NCBI GenBank assembly: GCA_041613315.1
Contig: JBFJHJ010000021.1
Location: 1 to 52,078, forward strand
Reading direction: 5' to 3'
DNA from: Gemmatimonadales bacterium
GTDB lineage: Bacteria > Gemmatimonadota > Gemmatimonadetes > Gemmatimonadales > GWC2-71-9
Length of the DNA: 52,078 nt
Part shown: positions 1 to 9,137 of the stretch, piece by piece
Numbering within the stretch: position 1 is the stretch's first letter
How the letters are laid out: each line of letters opens with the position of its first letter
Made by a program: the position numbers and the translations under genes
The notes under the pieces: model-generated
Databases searched by the model: none
Told to the model about the DNA's origin: nothing
The model's input: only the letters and a program-made list of their open reading frames with translations

Positions 1-2
1 CA

Positions 3-824
3 CCATGCACGCCGGGCGCGTCGCAGATCACCAATGTCGCAACGACGCCCGCCGGCCCGACCACCACGAACGTGGTGACCTTCACGACGGTGCCGCACGT
101 GGATCAATACGAGGTGTTCACGGCATCCGGCCCTCCCCTGCCGCCCGGCACCCCGCCGGTGTGGTCCGGGACCGCGCCGCCCACGACGGGCATCGCGTTG
201 CAGCCGTGTCAGACGCATCTGCTGTGGGTCCGCACGGTCAACAACTTCGGCACGACGCCCAGCGATCCGTTCGAGACCACCCCGCTCAACGCGGCCGGAT
301 GCCTCCCCGGGGTGTCGAGCGTCATTTCCGTGGCACCGCAGCCGCTGGCGATCATGTGCACGACGCTCGAACGGGTGGAAAGGATAGACGAACGAGCTCC
401 ACTGCAACCGGGCGACGAGCGCGAGCAGCCGGAGAGGGATATGCCGGGGGTCCATCGGCCCGGAGACGCGGAGCCGGACAACCAAGTGCCATCGCTCCTG
501 TCGGTGCTGGAAGACATCACCGAGCTGAGCTGGTATCGGGTCGAGTACACTACAGACCCCGATGCGCGGTCGTACCAGGTCCTCTACTCCACGCAGTCCG
601 GTGACCCGACACCGAGCGCCACGAGCTGGTGGAACTCGAACGCACGAGTCCTATCGCTCGAGCCGGGAAACACGTATTTCCTTCGGATCCGGTCTCGGAA
701 CGACTTCGGTAACGTGACCGGGCCTGAGTTCGCGTATGGTGTACCGACTGGAACGAGTGGGTGCTTCGATTCCGGAACCGCCTCGTTCCGAGCGTACCGG
801 CGGATTCCGCTGCCGCCGCCGTGA
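3..824 (+). CDS. Fibronectin type III repeat-containing protein, C-terminal part (5'-truncated by window edge)
   Basis: Frame is open from position 3. Two FN3-like repeats: C-x-PG-x-S-x-I...Y(E/Q)V...LQPCQTHLLWVRTVNNFG and LEPGNTYFLRIRSRNDFG, matching the FN3 'L.P.T.Y...V.A.N..G' signature. Confidence 0.7.
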   Translation, partial: PCTPGASQITNVATTPAGPTTTNVVTFTTVPHVDQYEVFTASGPPLPPGTPPVWSGTAPPTTGIALQPCQTHLLWVRTVNNFGTTPSDPFETTPLNAAGCLPGVSSVISVAPQPLAIMCTTLERVERIDERAPLQPGDEREQPERDMPGVHRPGDAEPDNQVPSLLSVLEDITELSWYRVEYTTDPDARSYQVLYSTQSGDPTPSATSWWNSNARVLSLEPGNTYFLRIRSRNDFGNVTGPEFAYGVPTGTSGCFDSGTASFRAYRRIPLPPP

Positions 825-954
825 CGGTGACCGGCGTCGCTGAGAGTGGCGGCGGCGCGCCGCGTCGCCGCCCCGAGGCCAGTCACGGTGGTCACCGGGG
901 CCTCCAGCCCGGCGCCCCATGCGCGAGGCACCCATACCGGGAAGGGAGGCAGGT

Positions 955-1566
955 ATGGCCGAGGCGTGTTATACCTACGCGGCGAGGGCGTTCCGTATTC
1001 CATCCCAGATCCGCGCCATCATCGACAGCGGAACGGTCTTCGATGGCGGGCACAGCATCTCGCCTTGGTTCACGCAGGACTCAACCAACACGGGGGCACG
1101 AGCCGCCGCCCAGGGCGCGCGGACCCCGTACGCAGCTTCCGGCGTCTCGAGACGGGCTTGGCCCGGTGCGACGATGGGGCTCCACCTCGGAGACCTCATC
1201 GTGTTCAAGCCGCCGCAGCATATCGCCGTGGCAACGGGAGCGGCCGATCAGGTCGTGCAGTCCGGCTACCCGGTCCAGACGACGAAGGAAGCGGAGCGAC
1301 TCCACGATCTGCTTGTGAAGCGGCGCACGGGGCAGCTGACCAAGGCCGTACCGCGGTTGGGGGGCGGATTCAAGGAGAATCCTGAGAAGCTCGAATACGA
1401 CAAGTGGCTGCTGCGCATGGGGCCCAGCACCGTCTCCTTGCACCACCTCGGCATCATCTATTCGGCCTCCAACGCCGTGGTGCACGTCTATCACCTGAAG
1501 GACGAGTTCCGCGATCTGCTCGATCCGAGCGGCCCGCTGGGTCGGTTCATACGCCGGAAACCGTGA
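955..1566 (+). CDS. Hypothetical protein, putative NlpC/P60-like (papain-fold) Cys hydrolase
   Basis: GGAGG RBS before ATG 955. N-terminal ACYTYA (Cys) and GDLIVFKPPQHIAVATG...VVQS resemble the NlpC/P60 C...GDLVFF...HVGIY...IH pattern. Confidence 0.55.
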   Translation: MAEACYTYAARAFRIPSQIRAIIDSGTVFDGGHSISPWFTQDSTNTGARAAAQGARTPYAASGVSRRAWPGATMGLHLGDLIVFKPPQHIAVATGAADQVVQSGYPVQTTKEAERLHDLLVKRRTGQLTKAVPRLGGGFKENPEKLEYDKWLLRMGPSTVSLHHLGIIYSASNAVVHVYHLKDEFRDLLDPSGPLGRFIRRKP

Positions 1567-1665
1567 GCCACCGTGCAGCCGGCTCGGTCTCTCCTGCGTT
1601 GGCGGCCTGCTCCGACATCGCCGCAGCAGCCGCCAAACCGGTTTCGCTGAGCGCCGGCGGCTTGC

Positions 1666-2619
1666 TCACTCGACGTCCAACAGCACCTTGAGCACCCCCC
1701 TCCGTTGCGCGTGCTCGAACGCCTCGAGCCCGCGCGCCAGGGGATAGCGGGCGTGAATCAGGGACTCCACGTCCACGAGCCCCTCCGCCAGGAGCCGAAG
1801 GGCCGGGGCGAAGGGGCCGCAGCGCGAGCCCACGAGCGTGAGCTCATTCACCACGACGGCGGCCGCGTCCAGCGTGAGCGCCCCTGCGTAGGTGCTCTTC
1901 ATCACCAGCGTCCCCCGTGGCCGAACGGCACGCTGCGCCAGTGCGAAGCCGTCGGCATTGCCCGTGCACTCGACGGCGAGATCAAACCGCCGCGGCTCGA
2001 CCTCGGCTTCGTGGGCGGTGCGGATCCCACGGGCCGCCAGCAGCTGGAGCTTGGCGTGGTGGCGACCCACAACGGTCAGGTCGCAATCGATGAGCGCCAG
2101 CGTCTGCGCAATCAGGAGCCCCAGCTTGCCGTCGCCCACCACCAGCGCCCGATCCCCCAGGCCCACCGACACCTGCTCCTGTACCTCGAGCGCCGCCGCG
2201 AGCGGCTCGGTGAACGCCGCGGCGTCGGTGGAGACGCCCTCGGGCACCCGGTGCAGGTTCTCCAACGGCAACGTCAGGTACTGCGCGAACGCACCGTGTC
2301 GGCGCACGATGCCCAAGACCGTGCGGCGGTCGCAGTGCGTGGACCGACCGGCGCGACACGCGGCGCAGTCGTGGCACACTGCGTTGATCTCCCCGACGAC
2401 GCGCGCACCGGCAAGCGCCGGGGGGCCCCGCTCAACCACGCCCACGAACTCGTGACCGGGGATGCCCGCGTACGGGTAGTAGCCGCGGGTGAGCTCGACG
2501 TCGGTGCTGCAGATGCCGGCCCGCAGCACGCGCACCAGCGCCTCACCCGCCGGCGGGTCGGGTAGAGGGACGTCGTCGCGCAGCGTCAGGACACGGTTCT
2601 CGAGCCACAGCGCTTTCAT
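1666..2619 (-). CDS. Zinc-dependent alcohol dehydrogenase (MDR superfamily)
   Basis: GICSTD, GHEFVG, structural Zn site CHDCAAC...C and NAD-binding GDGKLG. Confidence 0.9.
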   Translation of the reverse strand: MKALWLENRVLTLRDDVPLPDPPAGEALVRVLRAGICSTDVELTRGYYPYAGIPGHEFVGVVERGPPALAGARVVGEINAVCHDCAACRAGRSTHCDRRTVLGIVRRHGAFAQYLTLPLENLHRVPEGVSTDAAAFTEPLAAALEVQEQVSVGLGDRALVVGDGKLGLLIAQTLALIDCDLTVVGRHHAKLQLLAARGIRTAHEAEVEPRRFDLAVECTGNADGFALAQRAVRPRGTLVMKSTYAGALTLDAAAVVVNELTLVGSRCGPFAPALRLLAEGLVDVESLIHARYPLARGLEAFEHAQRRGVLKVLLDVE

Positions 2620-2739
2620 CGAACCGCAGTGTGCTGTGAGCCGCGCGCCGGAGCAGACGCGGCGCAGCGCTTCCTCCGAACGCTGCCCGACGGCCCCTGG
2701 GCAACGCCGTCACGCGCGTCCCGGCTCACGATTCACCGC

Positions 2740-4197
2740 TCACGCGTTCCGACGCCTCTGAAGGATCTTCAGGAATGACCTCGTCCGCAGCTCCTCGATG
2801 GTCAGTCCCGTGGCCAGCGCTTCGTCCTCGGTGATCGCACCGCAGTTGAGTCCCCGCAAGAAGAAGTTGAGCAGCCCCTGGCCCGTCGCGGCGTCGTCGA
2901 ACACACCACCCACGAGGGTCGCCTGGGCCGCGCGAGCCACGAAGCTGCGCAGCCGCTCGGACGCGGAGGCGAAGCTCTCGAGGAAGAACGCATACAGCGC
3001 AGCGTAACGGGTCGGCAGGTGCGCCGGGTGCAGATCCCATCCCTGGTAGAACGCATTGGCCAGGGAGTGGCGCACGTCGGCGTAGTGCAGCCGCCAGGCG
3101 GTGAAGACGGCCTCGCGGTTCTCGGCGCGCTGCGAAACCGTGAGCGTCCGGCCCTTCGCCGGCCGATGAGGTGGCACGGGCACGATGTTGGTGGCGCCGT
3201 CCGACAGCATGACACCGGAGCCCGCCAACGCGGTCTGCATGACCTGGCGGGCATAGTCGCACACGGGATGCTGCATCAATTGATACTGCGCCGTGATGTT
3301 CGTGCTGGCCGTGTAGTCGTAGACGCCGAAATGCGCCCCGGTGCAGCGCCCTCCGGCAGCCGCCACCAGATCCGGCAAGGGCGTGCGCCCGTCGAGACCG
3401 AGGACCGCCTGCGGCGTCTCGATCATCAACTCGACTTTCAATCTCCCTGCCGGCAAGCCAAGCGCCACTTCGAGCGCCTCGAACACCTCGACCAGCGCCC
3501 GCACCTGCGTCTCCATCACGACCTTGGGCAAGGTGATCACGAAATTGGCGGGGAGCGCGCCGCCGGTCCGCTCCAGCAACGCGGTCAGAAAGAGATCGAG
3601 CGTGCGGACCGCCCGGCGCTGGTGGTCGGGGTTGAGCGGCTTGATCCGAATCCCAAGGAACGGCGGCAGGGTGCGGCGGTCCATACCCGCCGCCACCTCG
3701 CCGGCGGCGGCCACCGCCGTCGCGTCCTCCTCGTCGTCGGAGCGGTTGCCGTAGCCATCCTCGAAATCGATGCGGAAGTCCTCGACCGGCTCCCGACGGA
3801 GCTTCTCCCGCACGCGATCGTACACCGTAAAGGCGAACCACGCGGCGGGCGTGCGGCCGCGCACGGCGTCGGCATCCCGTTGCAGCGCGCGTGTGAGCGC
3901 CTTCACCCGCGCCGCGGTGGCGGGCAGGGCGTCGGCACCCTGCAGCCGGAGCCCCCGGGCGAACGTGACGGCGTCCGGCGCGTACTCGTCCATGACGCGG
4001 AGCGCCAACTCACCCAGCTTAGGGGCGGAGTCGGCCCTGAACAAATCGGCGCCCCCGTAGACCGTGTGCACGGGTTGCCGTGTTGAGGACTCGCCGGGGA
4101 CGCGTGCCACGAACCCGGCGTTTACTTCCGTCAGGCGGGCGAGCACGGGCGCGACCGCCGCCGGCGACAGCGACGTCTTCAACCGCTCACCGCTCAC
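2740..4197 (-). CDS. HpcH/HpaI aldolase / citrate lyase (CitE/malate-synthase-like, DUF6986-type) family protein
   Basis: RQPVHTVYGGA, DFRIDFEDGYG, MIETPQ, HFGVYDY and QGWDLHP motifs. GTGA overlap with the upstream FAD subunit. Confidence 0.8.
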   Translation of the reverse strand: MSGERLKTSLSPAAVAPVLARLTEVNAGFVARVPGESSTRQPVHTVYGGADLFRADSAPKLGELALRVMDEYAPDAVTFARGLRLQGADALPATAARVKALTRALQRDADAVRGRTPAAWFAFTVYDRVREKLRREPVEDFRIDFEDGYGNRSDDEEDATAVAAAGEVAAGMDRRTLPPFLGIRIKPLNPDHQRRAVRTLDLFLTALLERTGGALPANFVITLPKVVMETQVRALVEVFEALEVALGLPAGRLKVELMIETPQAVLGLDGRTPLPDLVAAAGGRCTGAHFGVYDYTASTNITAQYQLMQHPVCDYARQVMQTALAGSGVMLSDGATNIVPVPPHRPAKGRTLTVSQRAENREAVFTAWRLHYADVRHSLANAFYQGWDLHPAHLPTRYAALYAFFLESFASASERLRSFVARAAQATLVGGVFDDAATGQGLLNFFLRGLNCGAITEDEALATGLTIEELRTRSFLKILQRRRNA

Positions 4198-5024
4198 GTG
4201 AAGGACTCACAGACCTCGCGAAGGTCGTGGTACAACAGATTCGCCATCACGCGCTCCCGATAGGCCGCGGTCGAGCGAATGTCATCAATGGGCGCGACGT
4301 CCTGGCGGATGGCCGGGAGCAGATCGTCGGGGCCGTGCACCGGGACGCGTGCGTCCAACAGCTGCTCCACGGCGAGACACCGCCGCACGGTCGGCGCCAC
4401 GCTGTTCGCGACGACGCGCCAACCGGCGACGGACCGTGTGATGGCGAGACCCACTTTGGTGATCGCCTGCGCCCGCCGCGACCCCACCTTCTCGAACACC
4501 TGCACGCTGTACGCGCGCCGCGGAAGCCGGATGGCCGTGATCAGCTGATGCGGTTGGCGCCGCATCTGTTTGTAGCCGAGGTAGAAGTCGGCCAGCGCCA
4601 CCTCCTCCCGGCCATCGCGAGACTCGAGCATGACCATGGCGTCGTACGCCATGAGCACCGGCACGCCGTCCGCCGCCGGCGAGGCATTGACGATGTTGCC
4701 CGCCCAGGTGCCGCGCGCCTGGATCTGAATCGCCCCGACCTGGCGGCCCGCATCCGCGAGCAGCGGGAACTCCGCGCGCGCACGCGCGTCCCGCACCACG
4801 TCCCAGTACGTCGTGAGACCGCCGAGCATCAGCGCGTCGTCGGTCCAGCGCACCGGCTTCAGCTCCTCGAGCCCGGAGAGGTCGAGGTAGGTCCGGCTGC
4901 GCTCCTCGTGCCGTTGCGGCCAGTGCACGAGGAGGTCCGTCCCCCCGGCCATCGGGATCGCCGCGCCGGTCACCGCGAGGAGATCGAACGCCTCGCGAAG
5001 GCTCGTCGGCAGGAGGATCGTCAC
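4194..5024 (-). CDS. Xanthine dehydrogenase family FAD-binding subunit
   Basis: AGGTDL, IQARGTWAGNIVNASPAADG and PIDDIRSTAAYR. Start GTG 5024 overlaps the Fe-S subunit stop (GTGA). Confidence 0.9.
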   Translation of the reverse strand: MTILLPTSLREAFDLLAVTGAAIPMAGGTDLLVHWPQRHEERSRTYLDLSGLEELKPVRWTDDALMLGGLTTYWDVVRDARARAEFPLLADAGRQVGAIQIQARGTWAGNIVNASPAADGVPVLMAYDAMVMLESRDGREEVALADFYLGYKQMRRQPHQLITAIRLPRRAYSVQVFEKVGSRRAQAITKVGLAITRSVAGWRVVANSVAPTVRRCLAVEQLLDARVPVHGPDDLLPAIRQDVAPIDDIRSTAAYRERVMANLLYHDLREVCESFT

Positions 5025-5494
5025 GGCGCGTTCCGCCGGTCGAGCGCCCGCCGCACACCGTCCACGATGCCGTCGTATCCCGTGCACCGGCAGAGGTTGC
5101 CCGCCATGAGCTCCCGAAGGGTGTGCGTCTCGAGCAACTCCGGGTGCTCCTCGATCCAGCGGGCCGTCATCACGACGCCCGGCGTGCAAGCGCCGCACTG
5201 CGTGGCGCCCTCGGTCAGCAGCGTGTCGAGCGTGGCCGGGTCCAGCGCCTCGATCGTCGTCACGCCGCGCTGCCGCACCTGATACGCCGGCACGAGGCAC
5301 GCGTCCACCGGGAGGCCGTCCAGGTAGACCGTGCAGGCGCCGCACTCCCCCTCCGCGCAGCCTTCCTTGGTGCCGGTCAGTCCCAGCCGATAGCGCAGCA
5401 CGTCCAGCAGCCGCTCCGTCACGTCCACGGTGACCGTGACCGGCGTGCCGTTCAGCGTGAACGAGAGCAAGAGCGTCTCGGTGCCGCCGCTCAT
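5021..5494 (-). CDS. Xanthine dehydrogenase family [2Fe-2S] subunit
   Basis: TKEGCAEGECGAC...C and QCGACTPG...NLCRCTGY cluster ligands. Confidence 0.92.
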   Translation of the reverse strand: MSGGTETLLLSFTLNGTPVTVTVDVTERLLDVLRYRLGLTGTKEGCAEGECGACTVYLDGLPVDACLVPAYQVRQRGVTTIEALDPATLDTLLTEGATQCGACTPGVVMTARWIEEHPELLETHTLRELMAGNLCRCTGYDGIVDGVRRALDRRNAP

Positions 5495-5498
5495 CGAG

Positions 5499-7730
5499 TC
5501 ACGCCGCACCCCGGCCGGCGGCCCGGGCCGGCGCCGCCTCGATTTCGCTCTCCAGGAGCGCCATCAGCCGTTCCGGGGTGAGCGGAATGACGCGGGGGTC
5601 CGCCCCCGTGGCGGCGGCGACGGCGTTGAGCACGGCGGGCGCCGGACCGTCGATGGGCAGCTCGCCCAGCCCCTTGGCGCCCTGGGCACCGTGGCGGTAC
5701 GGATTCTCGAGAAACTCCACCGTAATGGGTGGGACGTCGTCGCTCGTCGGAATCACGTAGTTGGTGAGTTGGGGGTTGGACATCGCGCCCTGCTCGAACC
5801 GACATTCCTCCATCAGCGCCCACCCGATGCCCTGCACCACCCCACCTTGGACCTGGCCTCGGGCGAGGGTCGGGTGCAGCACCTTCCCGATCTCCTGCAC
5901 CGCCGTGAAGTCGACCACCCGCGTCGCGTACGTGCGGAGATCCACCTCCACATCGGCCACATACGCGGCCCAGGCGAACGTGCCATAGGCGTCACCGCGG
6001 TAGGTCTGCTCGTCCCAACTGACGTCCTGCGGCGTCTCGTATTGGCTCCGTCCCATGAGCGACTCGCCCGGATGCTCCCGGTGCCAGCGCACAATCGCCG
6101 CTCGAACGGTGGCGCCCCGCGCGTCCGGATCGAGGCCCACCTGCCGACGGAGATCGTCGCACGCACGCTCGATGAGCCGCCCGACAATCATCGCGGTGCG
6201 CGACGCCACGGTCGGACCGCTGTCGGGCACCCGCGCGGTATCGGCTTCGGCCACGACGATGTCGTCGGGAACGTAGCCCAGTCGAGCCGCCGCGATCTGC
6301 GTGAACACCGTCAGCGTGCCCTGGCCCATCTCGATGTTGGCGCTCAGGATCTCGACGCGCCCGTCCGGCCACCCGGCAACGTGCACGACCGAACGGAGCG
6401 TGACCTCACCACTCCCCGTGAAGCCCGCGCCGTGATAGAACGTCGCGAGACCCACCCCGCGCCGCCTGGTGCGATGCGTGGCGTTGAAGGCGGCATGCGC
6501 GGCCTGCCGTTCCCGATAGCGGGAGCGCACCAGCGCCCGCTCCATGACGGCGACCCGGTCGGTGCCGTCCCGGATGATCTGACCGGTCGACGTCGTCTGA
6601 CCGTCCCGCAGCAGGTTCCGGCGCCGCAGGTCCACCGGGTCCATGTCCAGCGCCCGGGCGATCACGTCCATATGCCGCTCCGTGGCGAACTGCGTCTGTG
6701 GCGCGCCGAAGCCGCGAAAGGCGCCGAACGGCACCGCGTTGGTGAGCATCGCGCGACCTGCGATGCGCACGTTGGCGCAGTCATACGGCCCGCCGGCGTG
6801 GATCACGGCTCGGGAGAGCACCACGGGCGACAGCGTCACGTACGCGCCGCCGTCGATCACGACCTCGATGTCCTGCGCCAGCAGGCCGCCATCGTCATCC
6901 ACGCCCGTGCGGTGCCGGATCCACGCCGGATGGCGCTTGGTCGTCGCCGCCATGTCCTCGCCCCGATCGTAGATCATTTTCACCGGCCGCCCGGCCTTGA
7001 GCGCGAGCAGCGCGGTGTGGAGCGCGATCGTCGAGGGGTATTCCTCTTTGCCGCCGAACCCGCCCCCCGTGGGCGCCTGGATGACCCGCACCCGCCGCTC
7101 GTCGCGCGCGAGCGCGTGGGTGAGGGCCCGCAGCACATAGTAGGGACACTGCATCGAACCCTTCACGACGAGGACGTCGCCGTCAAACCACGCGAGCATC
7201 CCCTGAGTCTCCAGGTAGACGTGTTCCTGGGCCCCGGTCTCGTACACGCCCTCGATGACGTGCGGTGCGTCCGCGAGCGCGCGGTCGACGTCGCCCTTCT
7301 CGATGTGCAAGTGCTTGAGCACGTTGTCGGCGCCGTACTGCACCTGCTCCGGCCGCGGTGGTACCCGGAAGTCGAGCACCGCGGGCTCAGCGTCGACCAC
7401 CACCTGTACCGCCCGGGCGGCTCGCCGCACCGTGTCGCGCGACGGATGGGCGAGTAGCAGAACCGCTTCGTGCACGTGGCGCACGTCGCGCGCCGCGAGG
7501 ACCGGCTGGTCGCGCTCGATGAGTGCGATCACGTTGGGTCCGGGAATGTCGCGATGGTCTACCGCGACAAACGCCGACCAGTCGAAGCCCTCGCCGAAGC
7601 GGATCTCCTCGATCCTCCCCCGGGGGACCGTTGCGCGAACCGTGGCACCCCAGAGACATCCCTCGACGACGAGATCGTCCACGTACCGCTCGCGGCCGGT
7701 AAGCTTGGCGAGACCTTCGCGACGCTGCAC
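5499..7730 (-). CDS. Xanthine dehydrogenase family molybdopterin-binding subunit (PucD/XdhA-like)
   Basis: QEHVYLE, GGGFGGK, AFRGFGAPQ, EMGQG, TVASR and catalytic KGLGELP. Confidence 0.93.
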   Translation of the reverse strand: MQRREGLAKLTGRERYVDDLVVEGCLWGATVRATVPRGRIEEIRFGEGFDWSAFVAVDHRDIPGPNVIALIERDQPVLAARDVRHVHEAVLLLAHPSRDTVRRAARAVQVVVDAEPAVLDFRVPPRPEQVQYGADNVLKHLHIEKGDVDRALADAPHVIEGVYETGAQEHVYLETQGMLAWFDGDVLVVKGSMQCPYYVLRALTHALARDERRVRVIQAPTGGGFGGKEEYPSTIALHTALLALKAGRPVKMIYDRGEDMAATTKRHPAWIRHRTGVDDDGGLLAQDIEVVIDGGAYVTLSPVVLSRAVIHAGGPYDCANVRIAGRAMLTNAVPFGAFRGFGAPQTQFATERHMDVIARALDMDPVDLRRRNLLRDGQTTSTGQIIRDGTDRVAVMERALVRSRYRERQAAHAAFNATHRTRRRGVGLATFYHGAGFTGSGEVTLRSVVHVAGWPDGRVEILSANIEMGQGTLTVFTQIAAARLGYVPDDIVVAEADTARVPDSGPTVASRTAMIVGRLIERACDDLRRQVGLDPDARGATVRAAIVRWHREHPGESLMGRSQYETPQDVSWDEQTYRGDAYGTFAWAAYVADVEVDLRTYATRVVDFTAVQEIGKVLHPTLARGQVQGGVVQGIGWALMEECRFEQGAMSNPQLTNYVIPTSDDVPPITVEFLENPYRHGAQGAKGLGELPIDGPAPAVLNAVAAATGADPRVIPLTPERLMALLESEIEAAPARAAGRGAA

Positions 7731-7897
7731 GGCGGACCCTCAGGAGGACGGTGAGATGAAAGACTACACGGCGGGGAAACGCGATAGAAGGGGGAGCGGG
7801 GGGCGGGGGGGGCGCTCGGCATGACGCACGAGGGGACCGCCCTCGACCGGGATCCCGACCTGCCGTCATCCCGTCATGCCATGACACCGCCCATCGC

Positions 7898-9052
7898 TCA
7901 CCGCTTCGCCACCGCCGATGCGGCGAGGCGCAGGATCGCGACCACGCCGGCGTGGTCCGAGGGCCACAGCCCCCCAGACGTGCGATCCCCACGCTCCTCG
8001 CCGACGACGTCGGCGTGCACGCCGCCGGTGATCTTCCCGCGCGGATGGTTGAACCCGTCACGCACGAGCACGAGGTCGATTCGCTCGCGCAGGCGGGACG
8101 CGGGGTTCCGCAGGTCGGAGGCCTGACAGCACGTGACACCGGGGGTTCCGGGGCGCGCCTGGCTCCAGGCGTCGGCGAAGCCCGCGTCCCGCAGCAGCCC
8201 GTAGGTGGGCGTCGTGCTGCCGTCCGCCGCCGAATTGAAGTCACCGACGAACAGCAGCGGCAGCGGGTCGTCGGCGAAGCGCGCGATCAGTTCCAGCCCC
8301 TGGGCCACCTGCACCGGCACGATCGCCGGAATCGGTGCGGGCTCGAGGTGTGCGGAGACGAACCGGTAGGGACGGCGGTCCACGACCGCCGTCACCGCGG
8401 CCCAGCCGCGCAGGATCGTGACGTCCACGGCGCCGCCGACCGGCACGGTCAGATTCACCAGGAAGTTGCCCGTCTGGACGTCGGAAATCTCGACGTCGCC
8501 CCGCGCCAGGATCACTTCGTGATCGATGAGCCGCAGATCCTGGCCCGTGGCGCTCGGCAGCTCGAAGTCAATGTCCTGGGTGATGGCGGCGGCCCGGTAG
8601 TCGAGACCACGGGCCTCAAGGGCCGCCATGAGGGTCGCCAAGAAATCGATCTCGAGCGTGGCCGCGGCCTCGGGATTGCCGATCAGGAAATCGCCCGGCG
8701 TTTGACTGAAGATGGTGGATACCTCCTGGAGACCCACGAGGTGGGGGCGGGTCGCCGCGATCTCATCGGCCAGCGCTTCGGCGCGCGCGGCGAAGTCGGT
8801 GGACTGGATCTCGGCGAACGTAACCGCCACCGCCTCCAAGACCGCCGCGAGGTCCGGCGCCGCGATGACCCGATCGACGTCGCCGCCGACGTAGAGGTTG
8901 CGGGTCATCACGGTGAGCTGGCCGTGCCCGCCAATGGGGAAGGACTTGCCGAACTCCGGCGCCGCGACCGTGTCGTCCGCCGGTCCGGCAATCCGATCGT
9001 CTGCGCAGGCCGCCACCAGCACGGCCGCGGCAAGAGGGATCCACCGCTTCAT
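7898..9052 (-). CDS. Endonuclease/exonuclease/phosphatase (EEP) family lipoprotein
   Basis: GGAGG RBS; lipobox VAAC; TRNL, LQEV, GDFNS, RIDLV and SDH motifs. Confidence 0.85.
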   Translation of the reverse strand: MKRWIPLAAAVLVAACADDRIAGPADDTVAAPEFGKSFPIGGHGQLTVMTRNLYVGGDVDRVIAAPDLAAVLEAVAVTFAEIQSTDFAARAEALADEIAATRPHLVGLQEVSTIFSQTPGDFLIGNPEAAATLEIDFLATLMAALEARGLDYRAAAITQDIDFELPSATGQDLRLIDHEVILARGDVEISDVQTGNFLVNLTVPVGGAVDVTILRGWAAVTAVVDRRPYRFVSAHLEPAPIPAIVPVQVAQGLELIARFADDPLPLLFVGDFNSAADGSTTPTYGLLRDAGFADAWSQARPGTPGVTCCQASDLRNPASRLRERIDLVLVRDGFNHPRGKITGGVHADVVGEERGDRTSGGLWPSDHAGVVAILRLAASAVAKR

Positions 9053-9137
9053 GGGCACCTCCAGGGCGCGTCACGTACCGCACGGGAACCGCGCAAACGT
9101 GCACCGCGCCCCGGAAGGTGTCAAAGGGGGGGCAGCG

